Shown here piece after piece: positions 31,092 through 41,742 of a stretch of 64,000 nt of DNA. The notes beneath the pieces were generated by a model. It did not search any database. It saw nothing but the letters and a program-made list of their open reading frames with translations, and was not told the DNA's origin. Each line of letters opens with the position of its first letter. Position 1 is the stretch's first letter. Position numbers and translations under genes: made by a program. The stretch is taken from positions 4,265 through 68,264 of the forward strand of contig CAZTTH010000015.1 in assembly GCA_964615975.1 (NCBI GenBank), written 5' to 3'. The DNA is from an uncultured Lentisphaerales bacterium. Lineage in GTDB: Bacteria; Verrucomicrobiota; Lentisphaeria; JABSQK01; JAJFLO01.

Positions 31092-32312
31092 ATGGAAGCA
31101 TATTCCATCATTTGTGCTGATGACGATGAACAGGCTCGTGAGTTGTACGTGAAGTTATTCACCCTGCGTGGGTATGACGTGCGCACTTGCGTCGATGGCT
31201 CTGAAGTCATCCCTGAATTCGAACGTCAGATCGCGGATTTATTTATCCTCGATGTTGATATGCCCAAGAAAAATGGCTTGCAACTCTGTCGGGAGTTACG
31301 ACGTCATCCCCAGGCGAATCAAGTGCCAATCATTGTCTGCTCGGCTTACGAATCCGAGGAAGTCATGGTCAAAGCGCTTAATGCCGGCGCTGACGATTAT
31401 ATCATCAAACCAACAAAAGTTGCGGAACTATATGCCAAAGTCGCTAAAGTATTGAAGAACAACCCCAAGATGAACAGGGGCGAAAAGGGATTGAAAATCG
31501 GCAATACATTTGCCGGAAAATATCGCATTATGACCCGGTTGGGCACTGGCGGCTTCAGTCAGGTATATAAGGCGGAGGATGTTTCCGCCACCCCACCCAA
31601 ATTAACGGCGTTGAAGATCTTTTCCTTTCACCAACATGAATGCGGCCCGGATTATATGGCGATGTTTTTGCGGGAAGCCTATGGACTATCCAAACTGGAT
31701 CATCCCAATATTATTCGCTTTTATGGATTTGGTGAAAATAATTCCCAATATTATCTCGCCATGGAGTATGCGGAAGGACAGTCAATACGACAAATCCTTG
31801 ATGAACGCGGCCCCATCCAGGAAAAAAAGGTGGCAATGCTTGCCTTCCATGTGCTGCAAGCTTTGAAATATCTCAAAAAATTCCAGATTGTGCACCGTGA
31901 CATCACTCCACATAATATATTGATTTTAGACAGCGGCGATGTCAAACTCATCGACTTCGGATTAGCAAAACCAGTCAAGGATGGGACCTTGACTCCCGAG
32001 GGCATGTTTGCCGGCAGCCCGCTTTATGCCGCTCCTGAGATCATTATGGATTCAACCCCGGATGTCGCCGCTGATATCTTTTCCCTGGGGGCCACAATGT
32101 ACACGATGATTACCAACACTCATCCGTTTCCCGGAAACACCCCATGGGAAATTTTCCAAAACCGCTTTGAAGCCAAACCACAGCCCGTTATCCAGGCGAA
32201 TCCTAATGTGAGCGTATCCATCTCCCTGCTTATCGAACAGATGATGGCATATGAAAAGGTATTGCGCCCCTCCCTCGACGCGATCGAAAAATCATTATTA
32301 AAATTATGTTGA
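31092..32312 (+). CDS. response-regulator receiver domain fused to a Hanks-type Ser/Thr protein kinase
   Basis: The REC part carries DDDE, the phospho-acceptor context FILDVDMP, and DYIIKP. The kinase part carries G-loop LGTGGFSQVY, ALKIF (VAIK Lys), catalytic loop HRDITPHN, DFGLAK and AAPE. Confidence 0.85.
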   Translation: MEAYSIICADDDEQARELYVKLFTLRGYDVRTCVDGSEVIPEFERQIADLFILDVDMPKKNGLQLCRELRRHPQANQVPIIVCSAYESEEVMVKALNAGADDYIIKPTKVAELYAKVAKVLKNNPKMNRGEKGLKIGNTFAGKYRIMTRLGTGGFSQVYKAEDVSATPPKLTALKIFSFHQHECGPDYMAMFLREAYGLSKLDHPNIIRFYGFGENNSQYYLAMEYAEGQSIRQILDERGPIQEKKVAMLAFHVLQALKYLKKFQIVHRDITPHNILILDSGDVKLIDFGLAKPVKDGTLTPEGMFAGSPLYAAPEIIMDSTPDVAADIFSLGATMYTMITNTHPFPGNTPWEIFQNRFEAKPQPVIQANPNVSVSISLLIEQMMAYEKVLRPSLDAIEKSLLKLC

Positions 32313-32581
32313 AGCGGGAACAATGATTTCCCCACAGACGCGATTAAATACTCGATTCATCTCACATGCCGGCACCATGAGTTTGGATTTCAAGACGTTT
32401 TATTCGCAAGGATTCACCTCTTGAAACTCCCGATTCTTGCGTAGCGCTTGCAAAGATTGAGATTCGATTGAATATTTTTTCATGTCCTAAGGGTATTTCC
32501 ATGACCGTGTTTTTTTCATGTCCACAGTCATCCGAGGCAGCCCCAAGCTAAATCATATTTGTCGGTAATCCTTTAATCTCA

Positions 32582-33103
32582 ATGGAGGCGATTATGAATT
32601 TCTTTTCGCGATTGAACGCATGGGTGGCGAAACAGACCGACTGGCTCTTTGACCTGATTCGCATTTATCTCGGAATTGGATTATTCGTCAAAGCCATTTA
32701 TTTCATCAATCACAAGGAATATCTCTTTAATTTGTTGAATGGCGCCGGACATGATTGGTATGCCGAAGCCATCATTATACACTATGTGATTCTGGCTCAT
32801 CTGGCGGGTGGATTTTGCATGACATTGGGAATTTTAACCCGCTTTGCCGCACTGGTACAAATACCGGTATTGGCGGGCGCGGTTTTTCTGGTCCATTTGC
32901 CACAGATGAAAGGCATTGATCCCCGCCAAAACTTGGAATTCTCCGCATTGGTTTTGTTTCTCCTGATCCTGATCTTTATCCGTGGCGGCGGACCGCTGGC
33001 GCTGGACAATACCAAATCCGGAGAAGATCAACCAGTCCAAGACCCGGCGTCAAAAGAACCGGTAACGCCCCAGGAAGCTGAATCGATTCCACAGTCGGTT
33101 TAG
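32582..33103 (+). CDS. DoxX family membrane protein
   Basis: Length 173 aa with four hydrophobic helices. The patterns IRIYLGIGLFVKA and RFAALVQIPVLAGAVF are typical of DoxX. The start could instead be ATG 32594. Confidence 0.7.
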   Translation: MEAIMNFFSRLNAWVAKQTDWLFDLIRIYLGIGLFVKAIYFINHKEYLFNLLNGAGHDWYAEAIIIHYVILAHLAGGFCMTLGILTRFAALVQIPVLAGAVFLVHLPQMKGIDPRQNLEFSALVLFLLILIFIRGGGPLALDNTKSGEDQPVQDPASKEPVTPQEAESIPQSV

Positions 33104-33119
33104 TCGTCATCATTATAAA

Positions 33120-35246
<2,127 letters not shown>

Positions 35247-35340
35247 TTAATTTGTTTTGTTATGATTGAAATGTGCTATTAAAATTATGCATATACAAAA
35301 TAAATAATTATTATATTTTGTGATGAGAATAAACAATCAA

Positions 35341-36597
35341 ATGCCTACTCCAAAAAATGCGTTGGTAAGTTTGAAATCAATGACAACGGTTGTCGCTGAT
35401 ACTGGCGACATTGATGCCATTAAAAAATATACTCCAACCGACGCGACCACGAATCCATCTCTCCTTTACGCGGCTGCTCAAATGCCGCAATATAAACACC
35501 TTGTGGAAGATGCGATTGCATATGGACAGACAAAAGGTCGTACCGAGGCCCAAAAATTGTCTAAAACCATCGATCGATTATTTGTCAATTTCGGCCGTGA
35601 AATTCTTGCCATCGTACCCCGATTTGTTTCAACCGAAGTTGATGCCAGATTATCTTTCGATACTCGTGGATCAATAGACAAAGCGCGTGAATTCATCAAG
35701 TTATATAACGAGGTTGGGATCGGCAAAGATCGCATATTAATCAAATTGGCTTCCACCTGGGAAGGCATCCGCGCCGCCGCGACTTTGGAACAGGAAGGCA
35801 TACACTGCAATATGACTTTGTTGTTCGGCTTTGGTCAGGCTGTTGCCTGTGCCGAAGCCGGTGTTTTTTTAATTTCTCCCTTTGTGGGGCGTATTCTCGA
35901 TTGGCATAAGGAAAAAGAGAAGCGTGATTCATATACTCCAGACGAAGACCCTGGCGTCAAATCCGTGCGTAGAATTTATAATTATTATAAAAAATACGAT
36001 TATAAAACGGTGGTTATGGGCGCCAGTTTTCGCAACGTAGATGAAATCACCGCCTTAGCTGGTTGTGATTTATTGACTATCAGTCCTAAATTTCTGGAAT
36101 CTTTACAGAATAATACCATGACACTGCCACGCCTACTCTCACCCAAGCTGGCGGAAAAAAATTGCCGGGATTCAAAAATAAGCTTGGATGAAAAGGCATT
36201 CCGTTGGATGCTGAATGAAGATGCGATGGCAACTGAAAAATTGGCTGAAGGAATCCGTAAGTTTACGGAGGATGTAGTCAAACTAGAAACCCTCGTTAAG
36301 GAACGAGTAACAAAAGGGAGTACCATGAAAGCAAAAAAAACCACAACCAAAACCAACTCAGTAAAAGCGTCAGTTAAATCCAAAGCACCGGTCGCCGCTG
36401 CCAAACCTGTTGCCAAATCAACAGCCAAGCCCGCGGCAAAACCGGCGGCGAAACCCGCTGCCAAACCGGCCGCGAAACCCGCTGCCAAACCGGCCGCGAA
36501 ACCCGCTGCCAAGCCGGCCGCGAAACCCGCTGCCAAAGCAGCCGCAAAACCGGCGGCGAAACCCGCTGCCAAGCCCGCGGCAAAAGCAAAAAAGTAA
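35341..36597 (+). CDS. tal: transaldolase (TalB-type) continuing in frame into a ~90-aa KPAA-repeat basic tail
   Basis: [27 protein letters not shown]...[12 protein letters not shown] (Schiff-base Lys)...[13 protein letters not shown] identify the transaldolase. There is no stop before [14 protein letters not shown]...(KPAA)n...KAKK. Alternative starts are GTG 35320 and ATG 35323. Confidence 0.85.
   Translation: MPTPKNALVSLKSMTTVVADTGDIDAIKKYTPTDATTNPSLLYAAAQMPQYKHLVEDAIAYGQTKGRTEAQKLSKTIDRLFVNFGREILAIVPRFVSTEVDARLSFDTRGSIDKAREFIKLYNEVGIGKDRILIKLASTWEGIRAAATLEQEGIHCNMTLLFGFGQAVACAEAGVFLISPFVGRILDWHKEKEKRDSYTPDEDPGVKSVRRIYNYYKKYDYKTVVMGASFRNVDEITALAGCDLLTISPKFLESLQNNTMTLPRLLSPKLAEKNCRDSKISLDEKAFRWMLNEDAMATEKLAEGIRKFTEDVVKLETLVKERVTKGSTMKAKKTTTKTNSVKASVKSKAPVAAAKPVAKSTAKPAAKPAAKPAAKPAAKPAAKPAAKPAAKPAAKPAAKAAAKPAAKPAAKPAAKAKK
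36391..36588 (+). repeat. coding tandem repeat (12-nt unit, partly 24-nt period) encoding KPAA
   Basis: aaacccgctgccaaaccggccgcg is iterated. It translates to 12 KPAA units plus one KAAA. Confidence 0.85.
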
Positions 36598-37249
36598 GAA
36601 ATTACACGACGCTGATTTCGGCTTTGTCGATTTAAGTTTGTTGAGGGATAAAATTCCTTTTTAGTCCCATTGATTTGGAAGGCACTGTTGTGTTTTTTAT
36701 CCTTGGGATGGCAGTGGTGTTTTTTCTCTCAAATCAACTTGCCAATCAGACGGCTTAAGAATGGGGTTTTCAAGGTTTAATAAGTCCTTGATTACCCCTT
36801 TTTGCCTTATCTCATTCGTAGAAAACCCTTTCTCTTTTCGTTTCATGATCATGGTGTCAAGGATACCGCGGGACGGTATGCTTCAAGCTCTAGTTTGACA
36901 TGTATCCCGATGGGAGTGGATTATCGGGAAGATCATGAGAACATCATCGAATTCGACTGGAAAAAAGAATCTCGGGAAGATAATGTTCCGTCAAGTAATC
37001 CAGAGTGGAATCATTACCTTCTACTGATTCGCATTCACACTTCAAGGAATCCAAGGCCGGCAAGGTCTGCGTAACATACCTAACAGAATAAACTCAAGGA
37101 CGGTTTTCTACTCAGAGTAGCATGGAATGTATACCAGGCAAGGAATTGACTCATTGGACTGGCAGCTGATTTCAGAAATAACGACTGTTGGCATGAGATT
37201 AAACCCTGTTTTTTTCATTTATCATGAACCTTAAGAGAAAGATTTTATT

Positions 37250-40200
37250 ATGAGCGTAGGGTTGGTCACACCACATGGACGTTCTGCTGATGATTATGTG
37301 AGCCCGATATCACAAAAGACACCACCATCATTACCTGAAGACATCATCATGGATCTCTACCGCCACATGTTTACGGCCAGAGAGATTGACATGATGGAAG
37401 CTCAGTATGTAAAATCTGGTGATGCCTTTTTCCATGTATCAGGCGCTGGCCACGAATCGATAGCCGCACTTAATCCACATCTGATTCAGGACGACTGGCT
37501 GCATTGTCATTACCGGGATAAAGCGCTTATGCTAGCCCGGGGAATAACCCCTGAGCAGTTTTTTCTCAGCTTATTCGCCAAGGACGCTTCACACTCCCAA
37601 GGCCGGCAAATGAGCGCCCATATGAGTGATCGATCGCGAAATATTTTAAGTCTTGTCGGTCCGGTTGGCAACAACGCCTTGCAAGCAGTTGGGGTTGCTT
37701 GGGAAATCAGCGAACAAGCCAGTAAACCAATCGTAATCTGTTCTCTAGGTGACGGCACAACGCAACAAGGCGAGGTACTCGAAGCGATTGCCGAAGCGGT
37801 GCGCTGGGAACTCCCGGTATTATTCATTATTGAGGACAATCACTTTTCCATCTCCACCCGAACTGGCGGCAAGACCTTCTATTCTCATCCAGGTGGACAC
37901 CAGCCCGATGAGTTTTATGGACTTAAAATACACCGGATCGACGGTCGCGACCCGATACAGTGCCATCAGCATTTTGGCATTGTCGTAGACGAGGTGCGCT
38001 CAACCCGCGCTCCGGGATTAGTGATTATGGATGTTGAAAGATTGGTAGATCATACCAACGCGGATGATCAGCGTGTCTATCGCGAAACCGCGGATATTGA
38101 ACGTGCCAGAAGCGAATCCGATCCTATACCTCGACTAGCGCAGGCGCTGCTTTCCGCTGGAGTTAAGAAGAAAGCATTAAATACCCTTGAAGCTGATATT
38201 CGCAGTCAGGTAAGGGCAGCGGTGAGCCAGGCGCAAAACAGTCGGGATCCCCAACCGATGTTTGAGGCCAAGAAACCTTTGCCAAATAAATTTTATTCCG
38301 CCACATCAGAGTATACCGGCAACAGTGAAAAGCCGCGCCTCACCATGCTTGAGGCGATCAAGGAAGTATTTCGTCAGCGATTGCGTGAGGATCAGAAAAT
38401 CAACCTCTATGGGGAAGACATTGAGGACCCCAAAGGGGATGTCTTTGGACTTACTCGCAGCCTGACAGATGAGTTTCCAGGTCGCGTTCGTAATTCACCG
38501 CTTACCGAATCAACGATTGTGGGCGTCGCCATCGGACGGGCGCTGGCTGGAGGGAAATCTGTAGCTTTCCTGCAATTCGCTGATTTCCTTCCGCTCGCCT
38601 ATAATCAGATTCTTTCCGAACTGGGCTCGATGTACTGGCGCACTGGCGGCTCATGGCAATGTCCAGTGATTATCATGATTACATGTGGAGGATATCGGCC
38701 CGGGTTGGGACCATTTCATGCTCAAACCCTGGAAGCGATCGCAGCCCATACACCCGGAGTGGATGTCTTCATGCCTTCCAGCGCGGCAGACGCTGCCGGC
38801 TTACTCAACGCCGCCTTCGATTCCGGAAGACCAACTTTGTTTTTTTACCCGAAGAGCTGTCTCAACGACCATGGCGCGACAACCTCAGCTGATGTTCGGG
38901 AACAATTTGTTCCCCTAGGCAAGGCACGGATCGAAAAAAGCGGTAATGATTTAACCTTGGTCGCCTGGGGCAATACCGTCTCCCGCTGTCGACAGTCAGC
39001 CAAGATATTGGAATCAAAGGGCATACACTCAACGCTTATCGATCTACGCTGCCTCTCGCCATGGGATGAAGAAGCCGTTATTGACTCGGTGCGCAAGAGC
39101 CGGAAGTTGGTGGTGGCTCATGAGGACAATCAAACCTGTGGAATGGGTGCGGAAATTATTGCGGTGGTTGCCGAAAAAGCAGGTGTGCCAGTTGCGATCG
39201 CGCGTGTCACCAGGGCTGATACCTTTGTTCCTTTTAACTTCGCCAACCAACTTGAGATATTACCCTCATTCAAGCGCATTTTATCTGCCGCCGCCGGACT
39301 CTGCAATCTCGATATAGAATGGAAAAAACCAGCCACAGCACCTAGCAGCCAGGTAAACGTGGAAGCCATTGGCACCAGCCCTTCTGACGAAACCGCAACA
39401 ATTGTGCAATGGTGTGTGAAAATTGGCGACACAATTGAAAAAGGCACCAAATTAGCCGAAATCGAAGCCGAAAAATCGACTACCGAATTGCTGTCCTCGG
39501 TGGATGGGACTGTCACCACCATGCTCATTGAAGAGGGCACAACTGTAAAAGTGGGCACACCAATCATGAAGATTACCGTGGCCGATAGAGAACAACACCG
39601 CGTCCAACCGGTTACCAAAGAGGATCCTGGCACGCCCATTTTAAGACCACGGATACCTACAATCCTGGCAACGACAGATCCGCCGGATATCCGCGACACA
39701 CAGTCAACCACCGTCACCCTCCTGAGTGTGGAAACCGCGCTGGCTTCACGGATTGTCCCGAATCAGGAGATTTTGGTATCCTTCCCCGGCAAAAAACATG
39801 AAGACATCTTTAACAGCACGGGAATAAATCAACGCCGCTGGGTGGCTGATGGAGAAAACGCGTTGACACTCGCGGTGAAAGCGGCACGAAATGCCATTGC
39901 CCAGGCAGGCTTGTCCATATCCGACATTGACATGATTCTCTGCAGCACCACGACTCCTCTGGAAATTACCCCGGCATTGGCCTGCCGGTTACTTTATGAG
40001 CTGGCGGGAGATGATAGTGAGTGCCAGGCCCATGACATCCTCGCCGCCTGTTCAGGATATCTCTACGGCCTGCAAAACGCCTATGACTTTCTTCAATCCA
40101 GCCCCAGATCCAAGGTCTTATTAGTTACTTCCGAGGTGCTTTCACCGCTGATAGATCTCACCGATTTTAATACCGCCATTATCTTTGGAGATGCGGCCAC

Positions 40201-40672
40201 AGCCACCATCTTGGGCACAATAGACGGGAATGCTTCTGGTAAAATCCGCATTCATCGTCCGGTTCTGTCGGCACATGGAGAACCCGGGCGCCACTTGCGC
40301 GTGCCCTTGGGATCGGAAACCAACCGGGGATATATAGCGATGAATGGCTCCAAGGTTTATTCGGAGGGAATTCGGCGGATGATTGACATGCTTCAACGCG
40401 CCTGTGCCCAGCTTCATCTCGCACCCAAGAACCTTGACCTGGTCATTCCCCATCAAGCGAATGATCGTATTTTACAATCCATTCGCACTCGCCTCGATCT
40501 CCCGGAAGCCAAAGTCTTCAGTAATATTGCCAACATTGGTAATACCTCATCAAGTACGATTCCATTGTGCCTGAGTGAAATCATCCCCCAACGTCAGCCC
40601 GGGGAACATTGGGGATTAACGGCTTTTGGCGGCGGGTTTACTTTCGGCGCTTGTATTCTCGAAACGTTGTAA
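37250..40672 (+). CDS. fusion protein: 2-oxoacid dehydrogenase E1-alpha + E1-beta + lipoyl(biotinyl)-type domain + 3-oxoacyl-ACP synthase III (FabH-like)
   Basis: It is one uninterrupted 1140-aa ORF. Residues ~33-335 are E1-alpha with the ThDP motif GDG(167-169)-X27-N197. Residues ~362-690 are E1-beta (LTESTIVGVAIGRALAG, Transketolase_C-like end). Residues ~702-776 are the lipoyl-type domain with EIEAEK(742)STTEL. Residues ~821-1140 are KAS III with AAC(934)SGY, IPH(1068)QAN and IGN(1098)TSSSTIP. Confidence 0.85.
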   Translation: MSVGLVTPHGRSADDYVSPISQKTPPSLPEDIIMDLYRHMFTAREIDMMEAQYVKSGDAFFHVSGAGHESIAALNPHLIQDDWLHCHYRDKALMLARGITPEQFFLSLFAKDASHSQGRQMSAHMSDRSRNILSLVGPVGNNALQAVGVAWEISEQASKPIVICSLGDGTTQQGEVLEAIAEAVRWELPVLFIIEDNHFSISTRTGGKTFYSHPGGHQPDEFYGLKIHRIDGRDPIQCHQHFGIVVDEVRSTRAPGLVIMDVERLVDHTNADDQRVYRETADIERARSESDPIPRLAQALLSAGVKKKALNTLEADIRSQVRAAVSQAQNSRDPQPMFEAKKPLPNKFYSATSEYTGNSEKPRLTMLEAIKEVFRQRLREDQKINLYGEDIEDPKGDVFGLTRSLTDEFPGRVRNSPLTESTIVGVAIGRALAGGKSVAFLQFADFLPLAYNQILSELGSMYWRTGGSWQCPVIIMITCGGYRPGLGPFHAQTLEAIAAHTPGVDVFMPSSAADAAGLLNAAFDSGRPTLFFYPKSCLNDHGATTSADVREQFVPLGKARIEKSGNDLTLVAWGNTVSRCRQSAKILESKGIHSTLIDLRCLSPWDEEAVIDSVRKSRKLVVAHEDNQTCGMGAEIIAVVAEKAGVPVAIARVTRADTFVPFNFANQLEILPSFKRILSAAAGLCNLDIEWKKPATAPSSQVNVEAIGTSPSDETATIVQWCVKIGDTIEKGTKLAEIEAEKSTTELLSSVDGTVTTMLIEEGTTVKVGTPIMKITVADREQHRVQPVTKEDPGTPILRPRIPTILATTDPPDIRDTQSTTVTLLSVETALASRIVPNQEILVSFPGKKHEDIFNSTGINQRRWVADGENALTLAVKAARNAIAQAGLSISDIDMILCSTTTPLEITPALACRLLYELAGDDSECQAHDILAACSGYLYGLQNAYDFLQSSPRSKVLLVTSEVLSPLIDLTDFNTAIIFGDAATATILGTIDGNASGKIRIHRPVLSAHGEPGRHLRVPLGSETNRGYIAMNGSKVYSEGIRRMIDMLQRACAQLHLAPKNLDLVIPHQANDRILQSIRTRLDLPEAKVFSNIANIGNTSSSTIPLCLSEIIPQRQPGEHWGLTAFGGGFTFGACILETL

Positions 40673-40845
40673 CACACACTGTCATCTACTCGATCGATGG
40701 AAATTCGCGTTTGGTTGGCATTGCGAAAAAACCAGTCCGGCCAAATCCCGTGTTCCTTCACTACTGCATGCTTTGTCCAACCAATAACGCGGCGGTCCCA
40801 TTTGTGGGTTTCGTGGGTCTGAAATTCACTCCTGAAAGCGATGAT

Positions 40846-41742
40846 TCAGGTCGCCTCAACGAGTTGATCGGGAGGCAATTCCAAGGTAATTCTGCCTAAT
40901 TTTCCACAGCGAAAATCCTGGATCAACGCGGTGGCGGCACGGCGCAGATCCGGGCGACTGTAGGCCATTAAAAATCCCCGATGTTGGCAAATGGCGGCTA
41001 AAAACGCATCATAATCAACTGGCGGGGTGGTTAGATTGTAGACTGATCGAATGCCATCGGGAGCGGATAAGCGACAGTGATCGAAGACGATTTTACCCGC
41101 GATCTCGGCGGGCACAATTTCTTCCTTGATAACTGCCAGAACCGCCAGTTTCACCCCCGTGTTTTGCGCTTCGATTCGTGGAAACATGACCCCGGGCGTA
41201 TCCAGCAACTCCAGATGATCATTGAGTTTGATCCATTGGGTTTGGCGCGTAACTCCCGGGAAAGGCGCCACCTTGGTCTTGCGTTGTCTGGTCAGCAAAT
41301 TGATCAGAGTTGACTTGCCAATATTGGGGACACCAACAATCATGATCCGGATTGATCGACGGGAACGAGCCACATTGGTTTTTGCCCGCATCAATTGGGT
41401 GGCTATTGTGGTCAAAAACGACAACAATTTAGCGATTGATGCCGGGCGATCTTTTTGGATGAACAAACAGATATGGGATTGGGATTGATAGTATGACTGC
41501 CATGCCTGGGTAGCGGCAGGATCAGCCAGATCACATTTACTCAGAACCGTGATGTGCCGTTGATTTTTTATCATCTCCCGCAAGCGCGGGTTGGTGGTGC
41601 TTGCCGGAGCTCGGGCATCGATGAGTTCCAATACAATATCAATCAACCGCAAGTGATTTTGGATTTCCCTTTCCGCCTTGAGCATGTGACCGGGATACCA
41701 GGAAATGGCTGGAGATTCAGGAACATGGTCAGACGGACTCAA
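40846..41742 (-). CDS. rbgA: ribosome biogenesis GTPase A (YlqF/RbgA, circularly permuted GTPase)
   Basis: WYPGHMLKAEREI is at the N-terminus. The motif order is permuted: SKCDLAD (G4) precedes VGVPNIGKSTLIN (G1) and DTPGV (G3). Confidence 0.85.
   Translation of the reverse strand: MSPSDHVPESPAISWYPGHMLKAEREIQNHLRLIDIVLELIDARAPASTTNPRLREMIKNQRHITVLSKCDLADPAATQAWQSYYQSQSHICLFIQKDRPASIAKLLSFLTTIATQLMRAKTNVARSRRSIRIMIVGVPNIGKSTLINLLTRQRKTKVAPFPGVTRQTQWIKLNDHLELLDTPGVMFPRIEAQNTGVKLAVLAVIKEEIVPAEIAGKIVFDHCRLSAPDGIRSVYNLTTPPVDYDAFLAAICQHRGFLMAYSRPDLRRAATALIQDFRCGKLGRITLELPPDQLVEAT

Noticed and set aside
36000-36572. 190-aa minus-strand ORF ([13 protein letters not shown]...) and other ORFs across the KPAA repeat
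   Set aside because: They are mirror-image artefacts of the GC-rich tandem repeat inside the transaldolase-tail reading frame. The repeat is open in several frames.
36802-37074. 90-aa TTG-initiated ORF in the long intergenic region
   Set aside because: It has no RBS, no recognisable domain and a weak start codon. I kept it only as context for the unexplained 650-bp gap.
39130-39717. Long antisense or alternative-frame ORFs inside strong genes (for example 39130-39717, 49314-49988, 20513-21118, 19295-19936, 42064-42705, 25308-25799)
   Set aside because: Each lies entirely within a well-supported CDS on the opposite strand or in another frame. They have atypical composition (Arg/Ser/Pro-rich or repetitive) and no motifs.
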